64,000 nt of DNA. Origin: Mobula hypostoma (Eukaryota). Below the pieces are notes generated by a model that was not told the origin of the DNA, made no database searches, and saw only the letters and a program-made list of their open reading frames with translations. Within the stretch, counting starts at the first letter, position 1; every line of letters starts with the position of its first letter. Position numbers and translations under genes: made by a program. The stretch lies in contig NC_086097.1 in the NCBI RefSeq assembly GCF_963921235.1, positions 18,726,001 through 18,790,000 on the forward strand, in the 5' to 3' direction. Positions 1-12,809 of the stretch are shown here, in pieces.

Positions 1-450
1 CAGAGCCCATCAGTGCGTGATGTCAGAGGACAGTGCCCATCCCATCAGTGTGTGATATTAGAGGGCAGTGCCCATCAGTGGGTGATATTTAAGGGCAGAC
101 CCCATCAGTGTGTGATATTAGAGGGCAGTGCCCATCAGTGGGTGATATTTAAGAGCAGTGCCCATCAGTGGGTGATGTTAGAGGATTGTGCCCATCAGTG
201 AGTGATATTAGAGGGCAGTGCCCAACAGTGGATGAGATCAGAGAGCAGGGCCTAGCAGCGGGCAACATCAAAATGCAGAGCCCATCAGTGTATGATGTCA
301 GAGGGCAGAGTACAGCAGTGGGTGATGTCAGAGGACAATGCCAGAGGGCAGACCCATTTGTGTGTGCTGTCAGTGTCAGCAGTGAGTAAGGTCTAAGGGC
401 AGTTTCCATTCGTGAATGATATCAGAGTGCGTGACCTTTAGTAGGTGATA
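1..450. repeat. ~30-bp minisatellite (GAGGGCAGTGCCCATCAGTGGGTGATATTA-like), decaying rightwards
   Basis: The unit recurs every ~30 nt from 1 to ~350, with degenerate copies beyond. The short repetitive ORFs here are by-products. Confidence 0.9.
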
Positions 451-1357
451 TCAGATGGTAATGACTTTCACTTTGATAATGTCAGGGACACTGATCTTTA
501 ACTTTACAGTGAAAGATACTGTAAAGTTGCAGGCGATATCAAGAAACAACGTCTTTCAGCAGGCGCTATCAGAGGACTGTGACTCTGAGTGGGTAACGAC
601 AGTGCCCACCAGTGGTGTCAAGTTCAGAGTGGTGCTGGGAGAGACATCAGTGGAAGATAATATTCAGTGAATTATTTCAGATGACAGCACTGCTGTGAAT
701 GAAATAATAGAGCAAAGCCTTTGCTGAATAAGTTCCCCAAACAGTACCCTGTGGTGAGCTGCTGAGCAGAATATCATTCCGTGAACGGTGTAAAAGAATA
801 GTGATAACCCAGCTTCAAAGGATTGCAGAGGTACAATGGCAGCTAAGATCGTTCCTCTCATGTTTTATTTTGCTCTCTGCCTCATAAATATCAAGGTGGG
901 TAATTTATCAAGAGCAGCTCCAAATTCAAGCAGGTAGACCAAGGTGAATAGTCCTACTGAAGTCCAACGTGCCGAACGAGAGCAAGAGCCAACATGGGAG
1001 TAAAGTCCATGAATAGCATGGAATAAATGTATACATGCTACTATGTGGTTAGGCCGGAGCAAGTATTAGGGGTGGGGGTCAGAGAGGTTGTTGGTGGTGG
1101 ACTTACATCATTTACCTCCTGTTACACAAAATTACCACCCTTGAAGTTGGACATAATATACATAATCCCACAGAAGGATAAAGATGTTATAATCCATGCA
1201 AATAAAGTGCATAGTGCATTAACTGCTCTTTGCCTTGCCTTGTTGTTGATGAAGCAGCTAAAGATAGTTGGTCTTACCTTGGGAAACCACCAATTAACCT
1301 CCAGCAACTACAACCATTTTCCTTTCTGTGACATATGACTCCATCCAGTAGAGTTCT

Positions 1358-1571
1358 TTGCTGGCTGGTGGCGTAGTGGCATCAGCGCCGGACTTCGGAG
1401 TGTAGGCTCCCGAGTTCGAATCCAGCTGGCTCCCTTGCACGCTTTCCATCTGTGCTGGGTTCAGTGTCAGCAACTCGGCCTTGTAAAAATAAGAAAGCCT
1501 GCTAAAAAAACGCTGTCATGACAGCGTCCTGATGACTCCAGTCAGAGTTATGGGCTTCTTCTTCTTCTTCT
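1358..1571 (+). mobile_element. tRNA-derived SINE with (CTT)n tail
   Basis: A-box-like TGGCGTAGTGG, B-box GTTCGAATCC, (CTT)n tail at ~1556-1570, and a perfect 10-bp TSD GTAGAGTTCT (1348-1357 / 1572-1581). Confidence 0.85.
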
Positions 1572-1794
1572 GTAGAGTTCTATACTCTGTTTCTATATTG
1601 ATCACACTTTTTCCAAAGCTCATTGATAGTCCTCAGTGGCTGATATGGTGTCAAGCTCAGAGTGATGCTACAAGACACATCAGTGGAAAATGATCTTCAG
1701 TGAATTATTTCAGATGACACCAATTCTAAATGCTGACTCCAGGAGTAATCACTCTCAGTTCATCTCCATAGGGTGACATGGCAGCGTACTGTAA

Positions 1795-2450
1795 GTAGGG
1801 TGACACGGTTAGTGTAACACTTTATAGTGCCAGTGATCTGGGTTCAATTCCTGTTGCTGTCTGTAAGGAGTTTGTATGTTCTCCCCATGACCGTATGGGA
1901 TTTCTCTCACAAAGATGTACGGGTTAGGGTTAGTGGGTTGGGTGGCCAGGTGGAGATATGGCTCTGCCAAAGGAGGTGTAAGGCACTCCTTCCCTCCGCT
2001 AGCCTGCAGATCACTCTTGAACAAAGTGTAGCCACTTGCTTACTCCTGATCAGGGTCACGTGAAGCCACGGGAGGAGGTGGGGGATGGCCGTACGAGCAG
2101 CCGGTGCATATCACAAGTCCTAGCTGTGTGACCACTCACACCAGGCAGACAATCTCTGAGGAGTAGTGATAATGGATGGGGTTACCTGTCTTGTAAAGAT
2201 ATTGCCCAGAAGAAAGCAGTGGCAAACCACTTCTGTAGAAAACATTGCCAAGAACAATCATGGTCATGGAGACTATGGTCGTCAGACAACACAGCACATG
2301 ACGATGATGATGGCAAACTATGTTTACACTGGAAGCGTGATGACACTATCAGACTGTCCCTGACACTTCCTCACACTGCGTTGGTCACTTATGAAAATGA
2401 TACATTTCACTGTTTTGATGTTTCAACGTGCTTGTGACAAATAAAGCAAG
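1795..2450 (+). mobile_element. V/HE1-like SINE interrupted by a second short repeat (~1940-2315)
   Basis: The head GGGTTCAATTCC...TGTAAGGAGTTTGTATGTTCTCCCC recurs at ~19725-20040. The inserted GGTGGAGATA...AAAGGAGGTGTAAG family recurs at ~19335-19700 and ~25995-26375. Confidence 0.65.
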
Positions 2451-2796
2451 TCTTTAATTCAGCTTTTTAGTCCATGTTTAAATGCAATGCTCTTCTCCAT
2501 TTATTCATCTCTTTAATCCTTTGAGAATATGGGTTTTGATGGTAGGACAGAGAGTTCTGGTGGAGCCTTTGTCACAAACTTTACCCTCTGTGCTCCTGCC
2601 ATCAATTCCTAGCTCTACCACTCCTGAGGATTTACACCACCCCAATCCAGCTGGAAATCTGAAGCAACACACATAAAAATTGCTGGTGAACACAGCAGGC
2701 CAGGCAGCATCTATAGGAAGAGGTACAGTCACCAATTAATTGGATGGTTCTTAATCTTGCATCGCGCACACTCTCTCTTCCCACTGGCCATAGAGG

Positions 2797-3762
2797 TACA
2801 CTCAGTGACCATTTTAATAGGTACCTGCTCTACTCCTGCTATTTAATGCAAATATCTAATCAGACAGGGTAGTGGATAGTGGCTCCATATGTCACTACTA
2901 CAGGGCGTGACGACCCTGCCTTACACGAGTCCTGGGCTCAGCTGGCTCCGGCTGACAGTACCCGGGTATGGGTCTCTATCCACTGCCTTGTGGGTATCTT
3001 CGGGAGAAGAGGAGGCTAAGGAGTAAACCCTACACAAATCCGGAGAGGAGACCCTAAGGCAGTCAGATGACGTATCACGTCACCACCCGGCAGCTCCTGC
3101 AGCCAAGCTGATGCCAAGTGTACTGCTTTGCATTCCTTTGGACCACATCCGCGAGGCCGAGAGGGGGATCTTGATGTCTGGGCAGCCCAGGATCTCCATA
3201 TTCATCACCCAGGTCTGCGCCCTGGAAACCGGGCGCATCCATTGTCTACTGAGACAGATGGAGCCATCAATCAATCAGTCAATCCTGTGACTCTAAGTGA
3301 CTTTGACAGTGGAAGATTGTTGGTGTCAGTTGAGACGGTTTGAGTCATCGAGTCATAGAGAAACAGGCCCTTTGGCCCATCTAGTTCATGCGAGCCATTT
3401 AAACAGCCTACCCCCATCAACCTGCACCGGGAGTGGTCATAGAGAATCTCAGAGTATCTCAGAAACAGTTGATCTCCCAGGATTTTCATGCACAACAGTC
3501 TCTAGGGAGAATGGTGTGAAAGTCTTACAGAGAATGGTGTGAAAAACAAAAAACATCCAGTGAGCAGCAGTTCTGTGGCGAAACCGCCTTGTTAATGAGA
3601 GAAGTCAGAGGAGAATGGCCTGACTGGTTCAAGTAGACAGTAACTCAAATAACCACATGTTACAACAGTGTTGTGCAGAAGAGCCTGTCTGAACTCACAG
3701 CATATTGAAACTTGAAGTGGATGGGCTTACAGCAGTAGAAGACTATAAACACTCAGTGGCCA
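2797..3762 (+). mobile_element. Tc1/mariner-derived non-autonomous element with nested insertions
   Basis: The terminus TACACTCAGTG(G/A)CCA is shared with the copies at 29101-29590 and 48819-49430. Degenerate transposase N-terminus (LSDFDSG...TTVSR). Interrupted by an (ATCA)n-tailed retroposon at ~2864-3277. Confidence 0.65.
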
Positions 3763-4292
3763 CGAGACACAACATCAAGGCACCTGAAACCCTCTGTCGC
3801 CTTTTAATGCCACCCCAAGTGGTTCTCCCATTCTGGTAATTAACTCATTCTAGGGATGGATGGCTTCAGACTAACACTAAGATTTGCAACACTCTGAGTG
3901 GTGTCCCTCAGTCGCCCTTTTCCTCCTGTCCTACTCCACATCTCTCTGCTCAACCCTTCAGCTCAAGCCATTCTTTTCTGGCCAGACCCTTTTGCCAGAT
4001 TGCAAGGCTGTGCTCTTCATTTCCTGGGACTTGCTGGAAGAAAGAAAACATTAGACTCAGCAAGTTGTGCTTTTAGTTTTTTTTTCTGGTAACCTTGCAA
4101 TCAAAAGTAATAGAACGGAGCCTGAATAAGCTCTATATTCAGGTTGTCCTCTAGCTTGATCAAAACTTAGAAAGAACTGCATGAAACAAAGGCTCTGGTG
4201 GTAAATAAGACTGGTGAATTGAAGTCCAAACAGGCACAAGAGATTTTGATAAAGAACTCACTCAAAGTAGGGTCTGTGTATTGAACATTCTT

Positions 4293-6228
4293 GGAAGAGA
4301 ATTTTAGAAATCCAAAGTGTGTGTCTTATTCCCCCCCACCAAGTAGGAAGGGACTGGACTGAACTGTGGGGGATATGAACTGTGGATACGAATTCAGTGG
4401 GGCAGGAACAAGCTGAAAAAATGAGTCTAGCTGGACATGCAGGTTTGTGGATCTTAGGTAGGAGGTAGAAATGGAAAGTGCGGGGTGTGGGAACTATGAG
4501 GTTGGTGGCAGTGGCATCTTATTTTCACTATAAACTTCCAATCCCTAAACACTTCCGTCACCATCCAGGAAAGCCTCAAAACCCCCCGTTTCTTTCTGGA
4601 CACTAGACACAACCAGTTTCCCTCCACCACCACTCTCCTCCATCTAGCGGAACTTGTCTTCACTCTTAATAATTTCTCCTTTGGCTCCTCCTAATTCCTT
4701 CAAACAAAAGGTGTAGCCAAGGATACTCGCATGTGTCCCAGCTATGCCGGCCTTTTTCTTGGCTACATGGAACAGTCTCATATTCCAAGCCTACACTGGT
4801 GTCCGTCCCCCACTTTTCCTATGCTACATCGACGACTGCATTGGTGCTGCTTCCTGCACCCATGCCAATCTCTTTGACTTCATCAGCTTTGCCTCCAACT
4901 TCCACCCTGCCCTCAAATTTACCTAGTCCATTTTCAACACATCCCTTCCCTTTATCAATCTCTCTGCCTCCAGCTCTAGAGGCAGCTTATCTATTGATGT
5001 CTATTATAAACCCACAGAGTTTCACAGCCACCTGAACTATACCTTTTCCCATCCTGTTATTTGTTAAAATGCCATCCCCTTCTCTCAATTCTTCTGTCTC
5101 TGCTGCATCTGCCCTCAGGATGAGGCTTTTCATTCTAGAACAAAAGAAATGTCCTCCTTTTTCAAAGAAAGGGGCTTCCCTTTCGCCACCATCAACAATG
5201 CCCTCACTGCATCTCTTCCATTTCACACACGTCTGCTCTTACACCACCTCCCGCCGCCCTACCGGGGATAGGGTTCCTCATGTCCTCACTTACCACCCCA
5301 CCAGCCTCCGCGACCAGCACATAATTCTCCAAAACTTCCAGCATCTCCAACGGGATCTCTCCACCAAGCATGCTGTTCCCTCCCCCCACTTTCTACTTTT
5401 TGTAGGGATCACGCTCTCTCTTCCATCCTTCCCTCCCCACTGATCTCCCTCCTGGCACTTATCCTTGCAAACAAAACAAGTGCTACACCTGACCCTACAC
5501 CTCCTCCCTCACTATCATTCAGGGCCCTAAACAGTCCTGTCCTTTCAGGTGAGGCGACACGTCACCAGTGAGTCTGTTTGCATCATGTACTGTGCCTGGT
5601 GCTCCCGGTGTGGCCTCCTGTGTATCGATGAGACTCGACGTAGATTGGGAGACTGTTGCACTGAGCACTTATGCTCTGTCTGCCAGAAGAGGTTGGATCT
5701 CCCAGTGGCCACTCATTTTAATTCCACTTTCCATTCCCATTCTGATATGTCACCCCATGTTGGAGGAACATTTAGGTTGGAGGAACAGCACTTTATCTTC
5801 CGTCTGGGTAGCTTCCAACCTGATGGCACAAACATCAATTTCTCAAACTTCCAGTAATTCCCATCCTTCACCATTTCCCAACCCCTTTTCCCTCTCTCAC
5901 CTTATCTCCTTGCCTGGTCATCACCTCCCTCTGGTGCTCCTCCCTCTTTTCTTTCTTCCATGGCCTTCTGTTCTCTCCTATTGGACTCCCCCTTCTCCAG
6001 CCCTGTATATCCTTCACCAATCAACTTCCCAACTCTCTACTTCATCTCTCCCCCTCCTGCTGTCACTTAAGACCTTGTGGTTCTCTCTGCCCTCCTCCAC
6101 CTTTTAATTCTACTCCTCATCGTTTTTTTCTCCAGTCCTGCTGAAGGGTCTCGGCCCGAAACATTGACTGTACTTTTTCCACAGGTGCTGCCTGACCTGC
6201 TGAGTTCCTCCAGAATTTTGTGTGTGTT
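4293..6228 (+). mobile_element. Penelope-like retroelement, 5' truncated with inverted 5' segment (RT + GIY-YIG remnants + terminal repeat)
   Basis: YIDDCIG RT motif (ORF 4744-4926) and degenerate GIY-YIG CSRCGLLCIDETRRRLGD..EHL (ORF 5549-5857). TSD-like TATTGAA(C/T)ATTCTT at 4279-4292 / 6229-6242. Confidence 0.88.
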
Positions 6229-7554
6229 TATTGAATATTCTTAATTAACTACTTACTTAAACCCAGCACCCCTACTGGGGCATAGGCCACCGACAGCAGC
6301 TCACTGTCATGTGCCAGTCATTCAAATTATCCCCAGATGTAGCCCACCATCTAAGATCCTTCCTTTCCCAGGGATGAGGTCCTTGGAACTTCAGTTGGTG
6401 TTTTTGTAGTTCTGGGATTTTACACGATGGGGTTACAAACTCTGTATCCAACCCTCCTCCTCTCACAGCCGTGCTTGGCGGAGTTGCATTGAATGTTGTC
6501 CACTGCGTACATACAGTGTAGGACAGATGGGAGTGGAAAGATAGGAGATAATAGGTTGGGGTGTGGCAGTATTGATCATAGTACTGGAGAAGGAGAATAG
6601 TCTTGAGAGGTGAAGCAATTAATCCATACGTTTAGAGATAAGAAAAAGATTTCATTACACTACTGGGCATGTTCTCTTTGTCACCAAACTGGGGAAAGAT
6701 AAAAATATTGGCTTTATTTGTCAAAAGTACATTGAATTACACAGTGAAATGTGTTATTTTCATCAAATCAAATCAGCAAGGATTGTGCAAGTGACACCAC
6801 ATTTAAAAAATGGAGTACTCTTCATGGGAATATACAGAAGAGTGCAAGAAAAACAGAGCTAATGTAGCTTACCCATTACTAGGATAATTTACATTACTAG
6901 GCTATTAATCCAGAGACCTGAATTAATGACTATTGCCATGAGTTCAAATTTCACTGTAGCCACTGGGAAACATAAATTCATTAAATTAAATGAATCTGGA
7001 ATACAAATATAACATCAATAATCATGACTGTAAAGCTACCAGACTGGCCATTAAAAACTTATCTGACTTACAGAGTCCTTAAGGGAGTAGAATCTGCCAA
7101 CTTTATTTATTGTGACTTATAGGTGACGCCAGATCCGCAGCAGTGCGACTGATTCTTAACTGGCTTTGAATATATACCAGCTTTGTCAACAGCAGCCACA
7201 GTCTGTGGAAGATTGGATGCATTCTGGGGTTGCAACAGTGGGTTTGTTGTTCTTGTACGTGTCCCCTACAATAAGGAAAGTCAAGTAGGTCAGATGACAA
7301 TGGGAATCACTGATGATCCTTCTATCTTAAGGTTAGGTATTAGAAAAAAACAAGAAGCAATTTTGAGTAAAATACTGGAGGAGGTACAATTTTTGTGGGG
7401 TGAAAAAATATCTGCAAATTCTCAACATTTTAAATAAAAACAAAAAAATACCAGAAACACTCGGGAAGTTAGGGAAGATCTGTGAAAAGGGGAATAGGGC
7501 TTTGAGTTAAAGGCCTGTTGAATTCAAAGGACCTTCAATCTGAATTTTCAACTA

Positions 7555-8910
7555 GAAACACAAGGAAGTATGCAGATGCTGGAAATCCAAAGCAACACAC
7601 ATAAAATGCTGGAGGAATTCAGCAGGTCAAGCAGCATCAATGGAAATGAATAGATAGTCAATGTTTCAGGCCGAGACTCTTCTTCAGGACTGAGGAAGAA
7701 GGGAGGAGATGTCAGAATAGAAGGTGGGGAGAGGGGAAGGAGGTTAGCTAGAAGGTGATCGGTAAAGCCAGGTGGGTGGGAAAGGTCAAGGGCTGGAGAA
7801 GACAGAATTTGATAGGAGAGGAGAATGGACTATAGGAGAAAGAGAAGGAAGAGGGGACCCAGTGGGAAGCGATAGGCAGGTGAGAAGAGATGAAAGGTTA
7901 GAGTGGAGAATAGAGGAAGAGGGACGTTGACTGTTCATCAGTGGAACTAGGTTACGAAATTCACTACACAATTTTTAATTAATTGAAGCTTGCCAATTCT
8001 GTTTTAAGGATCTACCTCTTAGTAACAATGATCAGAGAGGGACAGACAGAATCTGTATTTATCGACAAGTAACCTTTATTGTCTCAACTAAAAAGCACGT
8101 GGTTTCACAAACTCGTTACCTGTATGCACACCCTCTAGAATTCCCTGACCCTCCCAGGAACAGTCAATGAAGAGAAAAGGTACTACCCAGGAAAGGACTT
8201 CTATGCTGGCCAAGTGTTCTTCGTGGTCCCGACCTCGGTTCCTCTGTTGAACTGATTATCTCCATCCCATTAGGTCAAGGTCACCTGACTTACCTGGGTC
8301 ATCTTCTTACGGGCTCTGGTCCAGAGCTACAACCAACGTTTTTCTATGGTCTCTGCCCTCATACTTGTGCAATTGCTCCTTTCTGCTCTGACTGGTTCAA
8401 ACCAGACGGTGGCCTCTTCTTGTCACAAGACTGACTCGTTGGAATGGCAATGGGAATCGGAATTAAAACGTCTGGCCACTGGGAAGTGCCGATTGTGGCG
8501 GATGGAGTGGAGGTGCTTGGCGAAGCAGTTCCCCAAATTTACAGTGGCTCTCACCGATGTAGAGGAGGCCACGTCGGGAGTGCCGGACTCACTTATGACC
8601 CCAGCAGATTCGCAGGTGAAGTGTTACCTCACCTGGAAAATCTGGGGCCCTGAATGGAGGTGATTGGGCAGGTGCAGCACTTGGGCTGCTTTCAGGGTTA
8701 AGTGCCAGGTGGGAGATACGTGGGGAGGGGCAAATGAACAAAGGGAATCACAGGGGGGTGATCCCTGTAGAAAGCAGTAAGTTGGGGAAGGAGTTGGGGG
8801 ATGTAAGGATATGTTTAGTAGTAGGGTCCCTTTGGAGATGACGGGAGTTGCGAAGGATAATGTGTTGGATGTGGAGGCTGATGGGGTGGAAGATAAAGAT
8901 ATGAGGAATT
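7555..8910 (-). mobile_element. Penelope-like 3' fragment split by an unrelated ~500-bp insertion (~7930-8435)
   Basis: Reverse complement of the PLE terminal repeat at 7555-7930 and of the GIY-YIG region at ~8440-8910, matching the 5300-6230 copy. Confidence 0.7.
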
Positions 8911-9589
8911 CTATCACTGTTAAGGAGACAGGAAGAATGGTGGACTGTGGATATATTGTTTCTCTTTCCATCGCTACTGCCTGGTTTGCTGAGCAGTTCC
9001 AGCATTTCCACCTTAAGTGGTCGGGTTGAAATTATATACCTTAAACAATTGTGCTTGTGTGTTCCAGGGTAAAAAGACACCACAGAAAAGGTAATCAAAA
9101 AAGTATCAATCTTTAAAAAGCTGATTTAGCTAGTCTTGGTATATTCCCAGCAGAGGAACGGAGGGATGTCCAAAGCTGGAGCTGCCTAGAAGATAGAAAA
9201 ATGGCACAGATGACAGTTAGACTGAGCATACAAGTGAAAATCAGGTACTATCTGGAAAAAATCCAGCAAGTAGCAGAAAAAGAAATGGTGATGCAAGAAA
9301 AGAGTTTGGAATAGATTGGTAACCAACATAATGGAGGTGAAGGTGTGGCATCATACAGAAGAGCCTCAGGCCATTTGGCCCACCTCAGCCATGCTGACCA
9401 TTGTACCTTTTCTGTACTAATGATACTTACCAGCACTGGGTCTGTAGCCCTCTATGTTTTACTGAGTAAAATAATTTTCCAGGTATATACATACTGTGAG
9501 AAACAGTTAATCTCTAATTATCTGGCATCTAATTGTCTGCCAATATGCTTGCTCATTAGTCCAGAATTCAAGAGAACAAATTGGTTATG

Positions 9590-12390
9590 TGGTCACTGAT
9601 GGGGTCTGGACTATGGTGGGGAGTGTGGTCAGTGACAGGGTCTGGACTGTGATGGGGAGTGTGGTCAGTGTGATGGTCTGGACTGTGGTGGGGAGTGTGG
9701 TCAGTGTGATGGTCTGGACTGTGGTGGAGAGTGTGGTCAGTGTGATGGTCTGGACTGTGATGGGGAGTGTGGTCAGTGTGATGGTCTGGACTGTGGTGGG
9801 GAGTGTGGTCAGTGACAGGGTCTGGACTGTGGTGGGGAGTGTGGTCAGTGACAGGGTCTGGACTGTGATGGGGAGTGTGGTCAGTGTGATGGTCTGGACT
9901 GTGATGGGGAGTCTGGTTAGTGTGATGGTCTAGACTGTGGTGGGGAGTGTGGTCAGTGACAGGGTCTGGACTGTGATGGAGAGTGTGGTCAGTGTGATGG
10001 TCTGGACTGTGGTGGAGAGTGTGGTCAGTGACAGGGTCTGGACTGTGATGGGGAGTGTGGTTAGTGTGATGGTCTAGACTGTGGTGGGGAGTGTGGTCAG
10101 TGACAGGGTCTGGACTGTGATGGGGAGTGTGGTCAGTGTGATGGTCTGGACTGTGGTGGGGAGTGTGGTCAGTGTGATGGTCTGGACTGTGGTGGGGAGT
10201 GTGGTCAGTGACAGGGTCTGGACTGTGATGGGGAGTGTGGTCAGTGTGATGGTCTGGACTGTGATGGGGAGTGTGGTTAGTGTGATGGTCTAGACTGTGG
10301 TGGGGAGTGTGGTCAGTGACAGGGTCTGGACTGTGATGGGGAGTGTGGTCAGTGTGATGGTCTGGACTGTGATGGGGAGTGTGGTCAGTGTGATGGTCTG
10401 GACTGTGGTGGGGAGTGTGGTCAGTGTGATGGTCTGGACTGTGGTGGGGAGTGTGGTCAGTGACAGGGTCTGGACTGTGATGGGGAGTGTGGTCAGTGTG
10501 ATGGTCTGGACTGTGATGGGGAGTGTGGTTAGTGTGATGGTCTAGACTGTGGTGGGGAGTGTGGTCAGTGACAGGGTCTGGACTGTGATGGGGAGTGTGG
10601 TCAGTGTGATGGTCTGGACTGTGATGGGGAGTGTGGTCAGTGTGATGGTCTGGACTGTGGTGGGGAGTGTGGTTAGTGACAGGGTCTGGACTGTGATGGG
10701 GAGTGTGGTCAGTGTGATGGTCTGGACTGTGGTGGGGAGTGTGGTCAGTGACAGGGTCTGGACTGTGATGGGGAGTGTGGTCAGTGTGATGGTCTGGACT
10801 GTGGTGGGGAGTGTGGTTAGTGACAGGGTCTGGACTGTGATGGGGAGTGTGGTTAGTGTGATGGTCTGGACTGTGGTGGGGAGTGTGGTCAGTGTGATGG
10901 TCTGGACTGTGGTGGGGAGTGTGGTTAGTGACAGGGTCTGGACTGTGATGGGGAGTGTGGTCAGTGTGATGGTCTGGACTGTGGTGGGGAGTGTGGTTAG
11001 TGACAGGGTCTGGACTGTGATGGGGAGTGTGGTCAGTGTGATGGTCTGGACTGTGGTGGGGAGTGTGGTTAGTGACAGGGTCTGGACTGTGGTGGGGAGT
11101 GTGGTCAGTGTGATGGTCTGGACTGTGGTGGGGAGTGTGGTTAGTGACAGGGTCTGGACTGTGATGGGGAGTGTGGTCAGTGTGATGGTCTGGACTGTGG
11201 TGGGGAGTGTGGTCAGTGACAGGGTCTGGACTGTGATGGGGAGTGTGGTCAGTGTGATGGTCTGGACTGTGGTGGGGAGTGTGGTCAGTGACAGGGTCTG
11301 GACTGTGATGGGGAGTGTGGTCAGTGTGATGGTCTGGACTGTGGTGGGGAGTGTGGTTAGTGACAGGGTCTGGACTGTGATGGGGAGTGTGGTTAGTGTG
11401 ATGGTCTGGACTGTGGTGGGGAGTGTGGTCAGTGACAGGGTCTGGACTGTGATGGGGAGTGTGGTCAGTGTGATGGTCTGGACTGTGGTGGGGAGTGTGG
11501 TCAGTGACAGGGTCTGGACTGTGATGGGGAGTGTGGTCAGTGTGATGGTCTGGACTGTGGTGGGGAGTGTGGTCAGTGTGATGGTCTGGACTGTGGTGGG
11601 GAGTGTGGTCAGTGACAGGGTCTGGACTGTGATGGGGAGTGTGGTCAGCGTGATGGTCTGGACTGTGGTGGGGAGTGTGGTCAGTGACAGGGTCTGGACT
11701 GTGATGGGGAGTGTGGTCAGTGTGATGGTCTGGACTGTGGTGGGGAGTGTGGTTAGTGACAGGGTCTGGACTGTGATGGGGAGTGTGGTCAGTGTGATGG
11801 TCTGGACTGTGGTGGGGAGTGTGGTCAGTGACAGGGTCTGGACTGTGATGGGGATTGTGGTCAGTGTGATGGTCTGGACTGTGATGGGGAGTGTGGTCAG
11901 TGTGATGGTCTGGACTGTGGTGGGGAGTGTGGTCAGTGACAGGGTCTGGACTGTGATGGGGAGTGTGGTCAGTGTGATGGTCTGGACTGTGGTGGGGAGT
12001 GTGGTTAGTGACAGGGTCTGGACTGTGATGGGGAGTGTGGTCAGTGTGATGGTCTGGACTGTGGTGGGGAGTGTGGTCAGTGACAGGATCTGGACTGTGA
12101 TGGGGAGTGTGGTTAGTGTGATGGTCTAGACTGTGGTGGGGAGTGTGGTCAGTGACAGGGTCTGGACTGTGATGGGGAGTGTGGTCAGTGTGATGGTCTG
12201 GACTGTGGTGGGGAGTGTGGTCAGTGACAGGGTCTGGACTGTGGTGGGGAGTGTGGTCAGTGACAGGGTCTGGACTGTGATGGGGAGTGTGGTCAGTGTG
12301 ATGGTCTGGACTGTGGTGGGGAGTGTGGTCAGTGACAGGGTCTGGACTGTGGTGGGGAGTGCGGTCAGTGACAGGGTCTGGACTGTGGAT
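9590..12390. repeat. 36-bp minisatellite array (~78 units) with alternating unit variants
   Basis: Units GGTCTGGACTGT(G/A)(G/A)TGGGGAGTGTGGT(C/T)AGTG(ACAG/TGAT), very homogeneous. The long ORFs on both strands follow from the 36-nt period. Confidence 0.98.
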
Positions 12391-12809
12391 GGGTTGTGTG
12401 GGCTGAGCTGGGCACTGGACAATGGAGAGCATTCAGGAGCTTGAAGACCCACAGTCAACAATTCAGAAACAACGTTTTTCCCTCTGCCATTAGAACTCTG
12501 AAGGTCCATGAACCCCACCTCATTATTCTTTTCTCTGCACTATTCATTTCCTTTTATATTTTAAAGTAATTTTGTATTTTCACACTACAATGCTGCCATG
12601 AAACAACAAATTTCATATGATATATATCAGTGTACCTGATCCAATATACCAGATTATCAGAGATTTAGTTAATATGTCTCCACAATCCCCTCAGGGACTG
12701 TGGTACAGGTTCCAAACAACCTCTGGATGAAAGATGTTCTTCTTAGACTCTCTCTAAACTTTTCAGCCTTTAACCTAGACCTATGCTCTCCTTCATATGT
12801 TCTACCAGT

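Noticed and set aside
13..670. short repetitive ORFs at the window start
   Set aside because: They are translations of the 30-bp minisatellite.
1360..1435. functional tRNA-Pro gene
   Set aside because: The anticodon stem pairs poorly, and the sequence continues into a SINE body with a tail and TSD.
7100..7300. possible host exon after TTATTGTGACTTATAG
   Set aside because: No recognisable protein similarity and no convincing open frame to a donor site.
7930..8435. possible solo LTR splitting a PLE
   Set aside because: It is clearly an insertion, but I could not define TG...CA termini with a TSD, so it is left unclassified.
9590..12390. CRISPR-like array
   Set aside because: Units are contiguous with no unique spacers, the context is eukaryotic and there are no cas genes.
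9568..12432. 954-aa His/Pro/Asp/Thr-rich ORF (minus) and 526-aa Val-rich ORF (plus)
   Set aside because: Both come from a 36-nt repeat with stop-free frames. There is no non-repetitive domain, signal peptide or splice context, and the minus ORF has no real ATG start.
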